In this document: positions 38,535-51,059 of the stretch, in pieces
How positions within the stretch are numbered: position 1 is the first letter of the stretch
Layout: each line of letters begins with the position of its first letter
Origin: Candidatus Dormiibacterota bacterium
GTDB lineage: Bacteria; Chloroflexota; Dormibacteria; Aeolococcales; Bog-877
DNA length: 64,000 nucleotides
Direction: 5' to 3'
NCBI GenBank assembly: GCA_027306595.1
Contig: DAHUZI010000111.1
Location: forward strand, 89,783 to 153,782
Notes under the pieces: model-generated
What the model was told of the DNA's origin: nothing
Seen by the model: only the letters and a program-made list of their open reading frames with translations
Database searches by the model: none
Program-made: the position numbers and the translations under genes

Positions 38535-38990
38535 ATGACTCGGGCAGCCGGCCGGTGCGGCGCCGCCGCCATCCTCCTCGGCTTGGCCGCCCTCCCCGGC
38601 ACGGCCGTCGCGGCAGCTCCCGCCCGGGCCGCGTCGGCGCCGCGGGCGGCTGTGGTCGCCCCCCGCGCCCGCACCCAGGTCCACCCGCTGGCGATCGGCA
38701 CGGTGGTCAGCCTCACCACCTCGGGGGGGCCCTTCCGAGCCGGGGTGCTCGTGCTCAAGGGACCGGACGGCGGAACCGTCCGGATCGGCCTCACCGCCCA
38801 CACCCGCGTGGTGCAGTACCGGGGGCGCAAGGCGTCGGTCGCCCGCATCCCCCTGACGGCGCTGCTGCCGGGTGACGTGGTGCTGGTGCGGGGATGGGTC
38901 ACCGCCCGCCATGCCCTGGTCGCGACCCTGATCTTCGACACCAGTGTCAACGGGGGTGGGGTGGGCTCCCCCGCGACCTCAGGCGGGTAG
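38535..38990 (+). CDS. Small secreted protein, unknown function (possibly OB-fold/DUF5666-like)
   Basis: ORF 38535..38990. GGAG lies 8 nt upstream. Signal peptide AAAILLGLAALPGTAVAAAPARA. Beta-rich body. Confidence 0.5.
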   Translation: MTRAAGRCGAAAILLGLAALPGTAVAAAPARAASAPRAAVVAPRARTQVHPLAIGTVVSLTTSGGPFRAGVLVLKGPDGGTVRIGLTAHTRVVQYRGRKASVARIPLTALLPGDVVLVRGWVTARHALVATLIFDTSVNGGGVGSPATSGG

Positions 38991-39002
38991 GCTCAGCTTC
39001 CC

Positions 39003-39033
39003 GGGCGGCGCCGCCCTCTCCGGCGGCGCCGCC
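39003..39033. repeat. Two adjacent perfect GC palindromes (GGGCGGCGCCGCCC and GGCGGCGCCGCC) between convergent genes
   Basis: Palindromes at 39003-39016 and 39022-39033, checked by reverse-complementing by hand. Confidence 0.85.
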
Positions 39034-39096
39034 CGTTCCCGCTTTCCCGCCGGGGCCGGTCGCCCACTCGGGAGCGAGCGGTCTCAGCGATGGAGG

Positions 39097-40647
39097 TCAC
39101 GCGTACGCGTACCCGGCTGGGAGCGGACGCGGCGCCGACGGGCCGACGTAGATCGCCGATGGCCGGATCAGCCGGTTGTGGGCGGCCTGCTCGCAGACCG
39201 CCGCCGTCCAGCCCGCCAGCCGCGAGCAGGCGAAGGTTGGCGTGAACATGTCCCGGGGCACCCCGACCGTGTTCATCACCACACCGGCGTAGAACTCGAC
39301 GTTGGTGTAGAGCCGGCGGCCGGGCTTCAGCTCGTTGAGGACCTTGAGGGCCGTCTGCTCCACGTCGCGGGCGAACGCCGCCTGCGTCCCCCCCAGCCGC
39401 AGGGCGACCTCCCGCAGGAGGGTCGACCGGGGGTCATCGGTCTTGTAGACGCGGTGCCCGAACCCCATCAGGCGGTCGCCGTGCTCGACCTGCTCCCGCA
39501 GGTACGCTTCCGCCCGATCGGGCGTGCCGATCGCGTCGAGGGTGTCGAGGGCCCGGGAGGGCGCGCCCCCGTGAAGCGGGCCGGAGAGCGCGCCCAGGGC
39601 GCCCACGACGGCCGCGCCGACGTCGGCACCGGTCGAGGCGATCACCCGGGCGGTGAAGGTTGATGCGTTGAAGCCGTGGTCCATGGTGAGGATCAGGTAC
39701 TGCTCCAGAGCTCGGGCCGCCTCCGGGGTGGGGCGTTCGCCGGTCAGAAGCTGAAGGTAGGCGGCGGCGTACCCGAGGTCGGGATCGGCCTCGGCGGGCG
39801 GGTCGCCCCGGTGGCGGCGGTACTGGCGAAGGAGGACGACCGGGGCCACCGCGGTCAGCCGGATGGCGGCATCGAGCACCTCCTCCCGGTCGGCGTCGAG
39901 GGTCGGCCGAAGGCCGAGGCTGGTCGCCACCAGCGAGAGCGAGGTGCGCAGGGCCGCGAGCGGCGCGTAGGGCTCCACCGCCGCCAGCGGCTCGAGGGCG
40001 GCGAGAACCGCCGGCGCCAGCTGGCGCCCCTGTCGCGCCCGCTCGTGGAATGCCGCCAGCTGGTCGGGATCGGGAAGCTCCCCCATGAGGAGGAGGTGCC
40101 AGACCTGCTCGAAGGAGCAGCGGCGGGCCAGCTCGGTGGCGTCGTAGCCGCGGTAGTGGAAGAATCCCTCCTCGCCCCGAACGTCCCCGATCGCGGTCTC
40201 GGCGACCGCCACGCCCTCGAGCCCGGGTGGAGCCACCGTCGGAGCCGATCCCGCCGGCCGGACCTCCTCGATGTGGGCGACCCGCACGAGGTGGCGGATC
40301 GAGAGCATGCCCACGAGCCGGCCCTGATCCAGCACCGGCAGATGGCGGAAGTGGTGCTCCCGAAAGATCTCGAGCGCGACCGCCACCGGGTCGGCGGCGG
40401 CCAGGGTGATAGGGCCGGACGACATCAGGGCCCCCACCGGCGTCGACACGTCCAGCCCGGTGCCGAGCGCCCGCAGCAGGTCCCGCTCGGTCACGATCCC
40501 GATGACCCGATCCTCTGGATCCACCACCGCCGCGGCGCCCACCTTGGCCCCGTCGAGCAGCCGCGCGAGCTCGGCCGCCGTCATCTCCCGACGGGCCACG
40601 ACCGGTGGCTTGTGCATCAGCTCACGGACCGACACGGATACGGCCAT
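39097..40647 (-). CDS. Citrate synthase family enzyme with an N-terminal CBS-domain pair
   Basis: ORF 39097..40710. ATG 40647 follows GGGAGGA. Residues ~1-125 form two CBS motifs (VVDPEDRVIGIVTERDLLRAL; HHFRHLPVLDQGRLVGMLSIRHLV). They are followed by a short-type citrate synthase (GLEGVAVAETAIG, SGPLHGGA, GFGHRVYKTDDPR, NVEFYAG). Confidence 0.85.
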   Translation of the reverse strand: MAVSVSVRELMHKPPVVARREMTAAELARLLDGAKVGAAAVVDPEDRVIGIVTERDLLRALGTGLDVSTPVGALMSSGPITLAAADPVAVALEIFREHHFRHLPVLDQGRLVGMLSIRHLVRVAHIEEVRPAGSAPTVAPPGLEGVAVAETAIGDVRGEEGFFHYRGYDATELARRCSFEQVWHLLLMGELPDPDQLAAFHERARQGRQLAPAVLAALEPLAAVEPYAPLAALRTSLSLVATSLGLRPTLDADREEVLDAAIRLTAVAPVVLLRQYRRHRGDPPAEADPDLGYAAAYLQLLTGERPTPEAARALEQYLILTMDHGFNASTFTARVIASTGADVGAAVVGALGALSGPLHGGAPSRALDTLDAIGTPDRAEAYLREQVEHGDRLMGFGHRVYKTDDPRSTLLREVALRLGGTQAAFARDVEQTALKVLNELKPGRRLYTNVEFYAGVVMNTVGVPRDMFTPTFACSRLAGWTAAVCEQAAHNRLIRPSAIYVGPSAPRPLPAGYAYA

Positions 40648-40744
40648 CAGATCCTCCCGCGGTGAGCCCCGCCCGAGCGGGCAGCGAGCGCGGTCTCGAT
40701 CCCGGACCACGCGCTGCGGTCCGGGACGACCATCCCGCGAACGC

Positions 40745-40897
40745 TCAGCTGCGCTCGGGTCGGCTGGACTCCGCTCGGGCGACCTGACGCTCGGTCCGGT
40801 CTGCGCGCCGGAACGTGACGATCCACCCGATGAGAGAGCCGCCAGCGACCAGCACCAGCACGCCCAGCGTTATCCCGATCTGCCCGGCCGAGGTCAT
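40745..40897 (-). CDS. 50-aa single-pass membrane protein
   Basis: ATG 40897 is preceded by AAGGAGGTG. Sequence MTSAGQIGITLGVLVLVAGGSLIGWIVTFRRADRTERQ.... It is the in-frame tail of ORF 40745..41233. Confidence 0.45.
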   Translation of the reverse strand: MTSAGQIGITLGVLVLVAGGSLIGWIVTFRRADRTERQVARAESSRPERS

Positions 40898-41095
40898 GTC
40901 CACCTCCTTCCGACAGGTCGATTCTAAGGGGATCGCGGTGTCTTCCGGCTCCTTCACTCTCCCCGGAGCGCAGCGGGGTCCGCCGCTATGCTGGCCGAGC
41001 CGAAGGGCCGCGAGGCTGAACCCGGGCGACGACCCGCCGTCCGCTGCGGGGCGGGGACCGGCCCGTCGGAGGTGAGCGAGATCGACCACACGTCG

Positions 41096-42310
41096 ATGCC
41101 GGGGTCGAGCGCCGGCCGCGGCCGGGCCGGTGGCGCCGCGCCCCCGGGGGTCGTCGGGCTGGTCGCCGCCAGCGCGGTCGAATGGGCCGGCGCGACGGCG
41201 ATCATGCCGATCCTGCCCCTCTTCGTCCGCCACAGCGGTGCCTCATACGGGCTCGTGGGGCTCGTGATGGGGGCCTTTCTCGCGGCCAGCTTCGCCGTGC
41301 AGTACCCGCTCGGACGCCTCTCGGACCGAATCGGCCGGCGCGGTCCCCTCCTCGCCAGCCTAGTGGTGAACGCGGCCGCCACCGTTGCCTACGTCGCACC
41401 GGTCGCCCCCGCGGTGTTCATCCTGCTCCGGGCCGTCCAGGGCGCGGCCGCGGGGACCACCCAGGTCGTGTCGCAGAGCGTGATCGCCGACCTCGTCCCG
41501 GCTGATCGGCGCGGGCGCGCGTACGGGCTCCTGCAGGGCTCCCAGTTCGGGGGCATGGTTGTCGGCCCGATCGCGGGCGCGCTCCTCTACGGGCGCGATC
41601 CGGCCAGCGTGTTCGTGGCCGGGGCGGTCGGGTCCCTGCTCGCCGCGCTGCCCGTGGGCCTCACCCTGCCCGGCGGACGGAGCCGGATCCCCACGGCGGG
41701 GCCGCAACCGACCGCCCGCGAGGTGATCCGGATCCGACGGGTGGTCCAGGGGGTGTTGGTGGCCTCGGCCGGCACCGGCCTCCTGATCGGCGTCTACGAC
41801 GCCGACTGGAGCCTGCTCCTGCGTGCCAAGGGCGCGACCACCTGGGAGGTCGGCCTCTCCTTCACCCTCTTCGCGATCCCGCTCGTCGCCGCCTCCTGGC
41901 CGGCCGGCCGGCTCGCCGACCGGCGCGACCGCAGGTGGCTGGGCGGCCTCGCCCTCCTCACCGGCTGCGGGTGCGCCGCCCTCTACCCCTTCCTCCCCTC
42001 CCCGCCGTTCCTCATGGCGCTTGGGGTCGTGGAGGCCACCGCCACCGCGATCGGCTTCCCGGCGGTGGTCTCCCTGCTGATGCACGCCGTCGGGACCGCG
42101 AGGGCGGGCCGGGTGCAGGGGCTCGCCGGCAGCGCCCAGACGGGCGCGGCCGCGCTCGGGGCGGCGGCCGGCGGGCTGCTGTTCGGCGTCGGCGTCTGGG
42201 CGCCGTTCGTGGCCGCCGCCGTCATCGTCACCGCCGCCTCCGCCAGCCTGCCGTTTCTCTGGGGGGCGGCCGGTGCGTGGGCGCGCGCGAAGCCGATCTC
42301 AGGGGTCTGA
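41096..42310 (+). CDS. MFS transporter
   Basis: ORF 40988..42310. Shows YPLGRLSDRIGRRGPLL (MFS loop 2-3 motif) and 12 hydrophobic helices. Start is ATG 41096 or ATG 40988. Confidence 0.8.
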   Translation: MPGSSAGRGRAGGAAPPGVVGLVAASAVEWAGATAIMPILPLFVRHSGASYGLVGLVMGAFLAASFAVQYPLGRLSDRIGRRGPLLASLVVNAAATVAYVAPVAPAVFILLRAVQGAAAGTTQVVSQSVIADLVPADRRGRAYGLLQGSQFGGMVVGPIAGALLYGRDPASVFVAGAVGSLLAALPVGLTLPGGRSRIPTAGPQPTAREVIRIRRVVQGVLVASAGTGLLIGVYDADWSLLLRAKGATTWEVGLSFTLFAIPLVAASWPAGRLADRRDRRWLGGLALLTGCGCAALYPFLPSPPFLMALGVVEATATAIGFPAVVSLLMHAVGTARAGRVQGLAGSAQTGAAALGAAAGGLLFGVGVWAPFVAAAVIVTAASASLPFLWGAAGAWARAKPISGV

Positions 42311-42326
42311 CCCGCTCGGCCCGGCC

Positions 42327-44327
<2,001 letters not shown>

Positions 44328-44574
44328 CCTATCGGGCCCTCCGGACGGGCGGCTGGGGCGAGGTCGCGGGCCCACCCCCGCGCGACGGCCGACCGGTCCG
44401 CCTCGCCGCTCCCCGGTGATGCGTGACGGCCGCCGGCGCGCCAGGGCCTGAGCGCCCCTGGGACGCTCGGTGGGGCCGACCCGGCACCGCCCCTCGAGAC
44501 GGGCGCGGCGGCTGCCGGGGGGCCGGCCGTCGGCGGCGCGAGCCCCGTCCAGCCTCGCCGGGGGCTCGGACGGC

Positions 44575-45555
44575 TCAGTAGCCGAGCGCCTGGTCGACGA
44601 CGTTGCGCAGCGGCCGGCCGTCGAGCCACCGGCGAACCTGGTCGGCAAAGAGGGCGGCGCTGCGCTCCTCGAAGTGGGGGGAGGACCAGCTGGTGTGCGG
44701 GGTGACCAGGACGCCCGGCGCGGTCCAGAGGGGGGAGCTGGACGGCAGCGGCTCCTCGGCCAGGGCGTCGAGGTAGGCGGCGGCGGGCCGGCCGACCGCC
44801 AGGCCCGCGAGCAGCGCCGCCTCGTCCAGGAGGGCGCCCCGGGCCACGTTGATGACCACCGAGCCGGGCGCCAGGGCGCTCAGGACCGCGGGCCCCACCA
44901 GGCGGCCGGTCGTGGGGGTGAGGGGGACCGCCAGGATGAGCGCGTCGGCCCCGGCACAGGCGCGCCCCAGATCCTCGAGCCCGACCACCCGGGCCACCCC
45001 AGCCGGTGGTCGACGCTCCGGGTGGCGGCGGACCCCGACGACGTGCGCCCCGAACGGGGCGAGCCGCTCGGTCACCCCCGAGCCGATCGTGCCGAGGCCG
45101 ACGACGACCACCAGAAGATCGGCGAGCTCGCGCAGGGGCAGGACCTCCCACCGCCGCTCCCGGTGCTGGGCGGCCAGGTCGGGCAGGCGCTTGACGTGCG
45201 CGAGCAGGCACGCGAGCACGAACTCAGCGATGGGGGTCGCCGCGATCCCGGCCCCGTGGGTCACCGTCAGCCTCGGCCGGTCGCCGATGGCGTCGCGCAG
45301 CGAGTCGATCCCGGCCGCGCTGGTGTGGAGCCAGGCCAGCGCGGGGTTGGCGTCCAGCACGCGGCGGAGCCGGGCGGGATCGCCGAACTGGTGCCAGACG
45401 AGGTCGACCGTCGCCTCCCGCCCGAGGTCGGGTTCACCGGGGTCGACCGCCAGCTCCAGCTCCACGTCCGCCAGGGCCGTGCGGACGAGCGCGCGCGCGG
45501 CCGCCGACAGGTCGCCGATGACGAGGCCGCGCAGGGGCCTGGGACCGGGCAGCAA
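44575..45555 (-). CDS. D-isomer-specific 2-hydroxyacid dehydrogenase family protein
   Basis: ORF 44575..45555. NAD-binding VVVGLGTIGSGV. Shows VINVARGALLDEAAL and TPHTS. Confidence 0.85.
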   Translation of the reverse strand: MLPGPRPLRGLVIGDLSAAARALVRTALADVELELAVDPGEPDLGREATVDLVWHQFGDPARLRRVLDANPALAWLHTSAAGIDSLRDAIGDRPRLTVTHGAGIAATPIAEFVLACLLAHVKRLPDLAAQHRERRWEVLPLRELADLLVVVVGLGTIGSGVTERLAPFGAHVVGVRRHPERRPPAGVARVVGLEDLGRACAGADALILAVPLTPTTGRLVGPAVLSALAPGSVVINVARGALLDEAALLAGLAVGRPAAAYLDALAEEPLPSSSPLWTAPGVLVTPHTSWSSPHFEERSAALFADQVRRWLDGRPLRNVVDQALGY

Positions 45556-45631
45556 CGCTCTCCAATGCGAACCAGGGCCAAGGGGGAGGGGTGGCGAATC
45601 ACGTCCGGGCCCGGGGCACCATCATGGTGGC

Positions 45632-46501
45632 ATGGCGGCATCGTTCGGTCCGGTCGTCGACGCCAGGTGGCTGCGGGCCCATGCCGACGGGCTGGGGGTC
45701 CGGGTGCTCGACTGTCGGTGGACCCTCGGGATCGGCTCGCGCCCCGACCTGTACGCCGCCGGCCACATCCCCGGGGCCGTCTTCGTCGACCTGGAGCGCG
45801 ACCTCACCGCGCCGCCCGGCCGCGGGGGCCGCCACCCTCTGCCGGATCATGTGGACTTCGAACAGGCGATGCGCCGCGCCGGCGTGGAGCCAGGGGCGCC
45901 CGTCGTCGCCTACGACGAGGGCAGCGGCGCGGCGGCCCGCTGCTGGTGGATGCTGCGAGCGTCCGGCCACGGCCGGGCCGCGGTACTCGACGGCGGGCTC
46001 GACGCCTGGTTCGCGGCCGGCGGCCCGCTGACGATGACCACGTCGGCGTCCGAACCGGGGCGGGTCGTCCTGGGCCCGTTCCGGGGCACCGTGGATGCCG
46101 ACACCGTGGCGCAGCTGGCGGAGGCGGCGGGGGGGCGGGCGGCCCCGGTGCTCGATGCCAGAGCGCCCGAGCGGTACCGGGGGGAGGAGGAGCCGATCGA
46201 CCCGAGGGCGGGCCACATCCCCGGCGCCCGGAACCTTGCGCACAGCGAGCTGTTCCCGGGGGGGCACCTCCTCGATCCCGCGGCCCTCACGCGGCGGCTG
46301 GCCGCCGCCGGGGTCGTCCCCGGCAGCCGCCCGGTCGCCTATTGCGGATCGGGGATCTCGGCCTGCCGGGTCCTCCTGGCGATCGAGGTCGCGGGCATCG
46401 GAGGCGGCCGTCTCTACCCGGGCTCCTGGAGCGAGTGGAGCCAGCAGTCCGACCGGCCGGTCGCGGTCGGGTCCGACCGCCAGGGCCGACGGCCGGGCTG
46501 A
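45632..46501 (+). CDS. sseA: Tandem-rhodanese sulfurtransferase (thiosulfate/3-mercaptopyruvate type)
   Basis: In-frame tail of ORF 44849..46501, ATG 45632. Shows YAAGHIPGAVF, GHIPGARN, and the active-site loop YCGSGISAC. Confidence 0.85.
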   Translation: MAASFGPVVDARWLRAHADGLGVRVLDCRWTLGIGSRPDLYAAGHIPGAVFVDLERDLTAPPGRGGRHPLPDHVDFEQAMRRAGVEPGAPVVAYDEGSGAAARCWWMLRASGHGRAAVLDGGLDAWFAAGGPLTMTTSASEPGRVVLGPFRGTVDADTVAQLAEAAGGRAAPVLDARAPERYRGEEEPIDPRAGHIPGARNLAHSELFPGGHLLDPAALTRRLAAAGVVPGSRPVAYCGSGISACRVLLAIEVAGIGGGRLYPGSWSEWSQQSDRPVAVGSDRQGRRPG

Positions 46502-46504
46502 CCC

Positions 46505-47248
46505 CTACGGGGTGCGCTGCACCCGATGGGCGGCCGCCTGGGCCCGGGGCCTGACCACCAGCTCATCAATGTTCACATGGGCCGGGCGGGTGACGACCCA
46601 GGCGACGCAGTCCGCGATGTCATCGGCGGTGAGCGGGACCACACCCCGGTAGACGGCCGCCGCCCGCGCCTCGTCGCCGGCGAACCGATTCCGGGAGAAG
46701 TCGGTCTCGACCATGCCGGGGTCGATCTCGGTGACCCGGATCGGGCGATCGACGAGCTCCAGGCGCAGGGTGCGGGTGATGGCCCGGACCGCATGCTTGG
46801 CGCTCGTGTACCCGGCCCCGCCCTCGTAGACCTCGAAGCCGGCCACCGATCCCATGTTGACGATGTGGCCGGCGCCGGACCGCTCGAGGTGAGGGAGGAG
46901 GGCCCGAGTCATTCGCGCGAGCCCCAGGACGTTGGTCTCCCACATCCAGCGCCACTGCGCGTCCCCGATCACCGCCACGGGCTCCAGGCCGCGGGCGCCG
47001 CCGGCGTTGTTGACCAGGACGTCGACCCGGTCCAGCTCGTCCGCGAGCGCCCGCACGCTCCCCTCATCGGTCACGTCCAGGACGCGGGCCACACCCCCGA
47101 TGGCGTCGGCGATCTCCTCGATCCGCGCCGCCCGGCGGGCCCCGAGCCAGACCCGGAAGCCGCCGGCGGCCAGCCGGCGGGCGGTGGCTTCGCCGATCCC
47201 TGCGCTGGCACCGGTCACGACCGCGACGCGCGGCCCCTGCACGCTCAC
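46505..47248 (-). CDS. Short-chain dehydrogenase/reductase (SDR)
   Basis: ORF 46505..47317. GTG 47248 forms a GTGA overlap with the upstream stop. Shows [23 protein letters not shown]. Confidence 0.85.
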   Translation of the reverse strand: MSVQGPRVAVVTGASAGIGEATARRLAAGGFRVWLGARRAARIEEIADAIGGVARVLDVTDEGSVRALADELDRVDVLVNNAGGARGLEPVAVIGDAQWRWMWETNVLGLARMTRALLPHLERSGAGHIVNMGSVAGFEVYEGGAGYTSAKHAVRAITRTLRLELVDRPIRVTEIDPGMVETDFSRNRFAGDEARAAAVYRGVVPLTADDIADCVAWVVTRPAHVNIDELVVRPRAQAAAHRVQRTP

Positions 47249-49299
47249 GCCCGCGCCAGTTCCAGCCGGAGCCCAGCCGGGCCCCGCTGCGGCAGACCGC
47301 AGCGGCGGCCGTGGCACACGACGGCAGCCGCGGCCCCCCCGGTCGCGGAGGTGGCGGAGGCGGCGGGGGTGGCGAGCACGAGCACATGCGGACGGTACCG
47401 CTCCCGGACCACCGCCAGCAGGGCGGCGCGCTGGTCGGCGTCGCCGCCGGTCACCGCCACGGTGACGGGCCCCGCGCAGGCGGCCGCGAGGGCCTGGAGC
47501 AGGGCCCCGAAGGCGAGCGGGAGACGCCCAGCGGTCGGTGCCAGGCCCGCGAGGACCGCGACCGGGTCCGACCGGACGTCGGGGCGATCAAGAAGGGCGG
47601 CGGCCTGCAGCCCGAAGAGGACCGCCAGCGAGGTGCCGCTCGGCGCCGCCCCGTCCTCGAGCGACCGCGGCCGGATTGGCAGGCGGGCATCGTGGCCCGT
47701 GGGCACGTCGAACCATCCCGGACCTGCGGCGTCCCGATACGTGGGAAGGAGGGCCTCCGCCACCCAGCCGACCCGCTCCAGCCAGGCTGGCTCCAAGGTG
47801 GCCTCGAAGGCCGCAGCGCAGGCCAGCCCCAGCGCCGCCGTGTCCGCGAGCGTGGCGGGGAGGGGGACCGCGCCGGGATGGAAGGCGTGCAGGAGATGGT
47901 CAGCACGCCGGGCCCGCTCAAGCACCAGCTCGAGGACGTCCAGCGCTCGCGCCCGGTAGGCGGGGCGGTCCAGCGCCGACGCCGCGTCCAGGAGCGCGAT
48001 GGCGGCCAGGGCGTTTCCACCGGTGAGCTGGGTGGGGTCGCGGCGGGGCGGAACCCGGCGCGCCCGGACCGCTCGAAGCCGCGTGCGCCAGCCATCGACC
48101 CGCGCCGCCAAGGCGGCGGGCTCGACCCCGAAGTCGTGCGCCACGGTGGCCAGCGACCGGGGGAGGTGGAGGACGGTCGTCCCGTCGTCGAAGTTGCCCT
48201 GCGGGCTCACCCCGAACACCTGGGCGGCGAGCCCGCCCTCGTCGGCGCCCAGCGCCGATGCGAGCTCGGACGGGGTCCACACGAAGAACCGGCCCTCCCT
48301 GCCCTCGGTGTCGGCGTCGGTGCTGGTCGCAAAGCCGCCCCCCTCGACGGCCAGGTCGGCCAGGGCGCCGTCGACCGTGCCCTCCACGACCCGCAGATCG
48401 CCCGCCCGCCCGTAGAGGCGAGCCGCCCGGGCGTAGAGGCTGGCCAGCTGAGCCTGGTCGGCCAGCATCTTCTCGAAGTGGGGGATGCGCCACGACCCGT
48501 CCACCGTGTAGCGATGGAACCCACCGCCGACCTGGTCATAGATCCCCCCCTGCGCCATCGCGTCCAGCGTCCGCAGCACCGCGGCGCCGGGGCTGCGGGC
48601 TGAAGGGGGCCCGGGGCGGGCTGCGGTCGGCTCGGCGTCGGCCGACCGCCCGAGCAGGAAGAGGAGCGCGGGGGCGTTCGGGAACTTGGGCCCGGCGCCG
48701 AAGCCACCGCGTGCCCAGTCCAGCTGCTCGAGCAGCCGCGTGGTCGCAGCCGCCAGCGCGGCCGGCCCCGCCTCGGCGCCCCGGCGCCCCGGGGACGGCA
48801 GCGGCACCGGCGTCACCGCCTGGGTCAGGCGCTCGGCCGCCGACACGAGGTCGCCACAGCGCTCGGTGTAGGCCGCGGCCACCGCCTCCAGCAGCCTGGG
48901 GAAGCCGATCAGCCCGTCCCGGTCGTGGGGTGGGAAGTAGGTGCCCGCGTGGAAGGGCCGCCCGTCGGGCAGGCAGAAGACCGTCATCGGCCAGCCGCCG
49001 GCACCGGTGAGCGCCTGGACCGCCTCCATGTAGACGGCATCGACATCGGGCCGCTCCTCCCGATCCACCTTGACGCTGACGACGAGGGCGTTCTGGACCG
49101 CGGCGATCGCCGGGTCGGCGAACGACTCGCGGGCCATGACGTGGCACCAGTGGCAGGCCGCATAGCCGATGCTGACCAGGATCGGTCGATCGAGCTCGTG
49201 CGCCCGAGCGAAGGCCTCGGGGCCCCAGGGGTACCAGTCGACGGGGTTGTCGGCGTGCGCCCGCAGATAGGCGCTCCCCGAGCCGGCCAGGCGATTCAC
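47245..49299 (-). CDS. Thioredoxin-domain protein (DUF255 / YyaL-like, with C-terminal six-hairpin glycosidase-like region)
   Basis: ORF 47245..49890. GTG 49299 (or 49317). Shows [42 protein letters not shown]. Confidence 0.85.
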   Translation of the reverse strand: MNRLAGSGSAYLRAHADNPVDWYPWGPEAFARAHELDRPILVSIGYAACHWCHVMARESFADPAIAAVQNALVVSVKVDREERPDVDAVYMEAVQALTGAGGWPMTVFCLPDGRPFHAGTYFPPHDRDGLIGFPRLLEAVAAAYTERCGDLVSAAERLTQAVTPVPLPSPGRRGAEAGPAALAAATTRLLEQLDWARGGFGAGPKFPNAPALLFLLGRSADAEPTAARPGPPSARSPGAAVLRTLDAMAQGGIYDQVGGGFHRYTVDGSWRIPHFEKMLADQAQLASLYARAARLYGRAGDLRVVEGTVDGALADLAVEGGGFATSTDADTEGREGRFFVWTPSELASALGADEGGLAAQVFGVSPQGNFDDGTTVLHLPRSLATVAHDFGVEPAALAARVDGWRTRLRAVRARRVPPRRDPTQLTGGNALAAIALLDAASALDRPAYRARALDVLELVLERARRADHLLHAFHPGAVPLPATLADTAALGLACAAAFEATLEPAWLERVGWVAEALLPTYRDAAGPGWFDVPTGHDARLPIRPRSLEDGAAPSGTSLAVLFGLQAAALLDRPDVRSDPVAVLAGLAPTAGRLPLAFGALLQALAAACAGPVTVAVTGGDADQRAALLAVVRERYRPHVLVLATPAASATSATGGAAAAVVCHGRRCGLPQRGPAGLRLELARA

Positions 49300-49486
49300 A
49301 GCCCCACCGTAGCGCACGAGTCGGCCGGGCTCGGCCGCCGCGCCGCCTGCGCGGAGGCGGGCCGGCACCGGATGGGACAATCCGCCCGTGCCGGACCCAG
49401 ACCCCGCCCTGCCGAGCCCCCCCGCACCCGCCCGCCCGCCGCTGCGCGTGCGCTCTCGCCCGTTCCTCGACCACCTGGATCGATGG

Positions 49487-50158
49487 ATGAGCACCCGGCC
49501 TGCGGCCACGCTTGGGGCCGCCCGGACCGCGGTGATCGTGGTGGATCTCGTGCACGGGTTCGTCGACGAGGGCCCGCTGGCAAGCCCCCGCATCGCCGCG
49601 CTGGTTCCAACCGTGGCCCGGGGTCTTGAGGACTTCGCCAGCGCCGGAGGGCGCTGGCTGTGCCTCGTCGAGGATGCCCACCCGGGCGATTCGCCCGAGT
49701 TCGCCGCGTTCCCGCCCCACTGCCTCGCCGACACCCGCGCCAGCCGGACCGTCGGGGCGGTCGCGGCGGCCGCCCGCCGGCCGGGCCTCGACACCACCTG
49801 GATTCGCAAGGCGACGCTCACCCCCCGAGATGCCGGGCTCCTCGACTGGGCCCGGGCCGCGTGCGAGGCGCTCGGGCCCGACCGAGCCATCGTCGTCGCC
49901 GGCGACGCGACCGACCTCTGCCTCTACCAAACCGCGATGGCCCTGCGCCTGTGGGCGAACCAACCGTCGGTAGCCCGGTCGCTGGGCGCGCTCCGGGTGG
50001 TCGTCGGACTGGACGGGGCCGAGACCTTCGACCTTCCGGTGCGGACCGTCGGAGCCGCCGGCGCCCTGCCCCACGACGGCGACCTGCACCATGCACTCTT
50101 CGCCCACCACCTCGCCCTCAATGCGGTGGAGGTCGTCGCCCATGTGGGCTGGTCCTGA
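49487..50158 (+). CDS. Isochorismatase-family cysteine hydrolase
   Basis: ORF 49388..50158, ATG 49487. Shows [12 protein letters not shown] and [16 protein letters not shown] (catalytic Cys context). Confidence 0.75.
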   Translation: MSTRPAATLGAARTAVIVVDLVHGFVDEGPLASPRIAALVPTVARGLEDFASAGGRWLCLVEDAHPGDSPEFAAFPPHCLADTRASRTVGAVAAAARRPGLDTTWIRKATLTPRDAGLLDWARAACEALGPDRAIVVAGDATDLCLYQTAMALRLWANQPSVARSLGALRVVVGLDGAETFDLPVRTVGAAGALPHDGDLHHALFAHHLALNAVEVVAHVGWS

Positions 50159-51059
50159 TCCGACCAGGAGGGGGGGCGAGCCGCCAGCCTGGCTGCGGCG
50201 GGGCTTCCGTGTGGCGGCGGCGGGCGTTGGAGCCCTCGGCCCACGCCGCTATCGACTGGCCGACCTCGTCGCCAATGCGACCTTCGCGTGCCAGCCGGCG
50301 CGGCGCCGGACCACCCAGGCCAACTACCGCCGGGCCCTGGGGCCGATCAGCCCACGGCGGGCCCGCCGGCTGGCGGCGGCGAGCTATCGAGAGTACGCCC
50401 GCACCGCCGTCGACTTCCTCCACGTCCAGACGCTCGGCCGGGCGGGTGTCGCCGCCCTGATGCGGGTGGAGGGGCTGGAGCGGCTGGAGCGCTCGACTGC
50501 GGCGGGGCGCGGCGGGATCCTCGTCCTCATCCACTTCGGCAGCTGGGACGTCGCCGGGGCGGCGGCCGCCGCCTTCGGCTTTCCCGTCCATTCGGTGATG
50601 GACGAGGGCACGAGTCCGCTCCTCGCCGACCTCGTGGTCTGGTCGCGGCGCCAAATCGGGATCACCGTCGCCACCCCCGAGCACGGGGCGACCGCGTTGC
50701 TCCGGACGGTCCGTCGGGGCGGGTGGGTCGCGATCATCGCCGACATCCCGAAGACGACCCCGGCGGTCACCGTCCCGTTCTTCGGCCGGCCGAGCCGCTT
50801 CTCGGCCGCGCCCGGGCTCCTGGCGGCCCGAACCGGCGCGCCGGTCCATGCCGTCACCTGCGAGCGGGCGCCCGACGGGCACTACGTCGTCGAGATCCAC
50901 CCCCCGGTCACGCTGGAGCGGGCGGACGAGCCAGCCGCGGCGATCCGGGCTCTCGTTCCCATCTTCGAGGCGGCGATTCGACGCACACCGGCCCAGTGGT
51001 TCCCCTTCGACCAGGACCGCTTCGTGCCCGAGGCCGCCGGAGCCCACCCCGCTGTCTGA
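50142..51059 (+). CDS. Lipid A-type / lysophospholipid acyltransferase (HtrB/LpxL fold; PatA-like)
   Basis: ORF 50091..51059, ATG 50142. HX4D motif in LIHFGSWD. Also IIADI. Overlaps the previous gene by 17 nt. Confidence 0.8.
   Translation: MWAGPDPTRRGGEPPAWLRRGFRVAAAGVGALGPRRYRLADLVANATFACQPARRRTTQANYRRALGPISPRRARRLAAASYREYARTAVDFLHVQTLGRAGVAALMRVEGLERLERSTAAGRGGILVLIHFGSWDVAGAAAAAFGFPVHSVMDEGTSPLLADLVVWSRRQIGITVATPEHGATALLRTVRRGGWVAIIADIPKTTPAVTVPFFGRPSRFSAAPGLLAARTGAPVHAVTCERAPDGHYVVEIHPPVTLERADEPAAAIRALVPIFEAAIRRTPAQWFPFDQDRFVPEAAGAHPAV

Noticed and set aside
40988-41095. Longer N-terminus (ATG 40988) for the MFS transporter
   Set aside because: It is not strictly rejected. The extra 36 residues are charged and low-complexity, and they precede the first TM by more than 60 residues, so ATG 41096 is preferred. 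This needs experimental or comparative confirmation.
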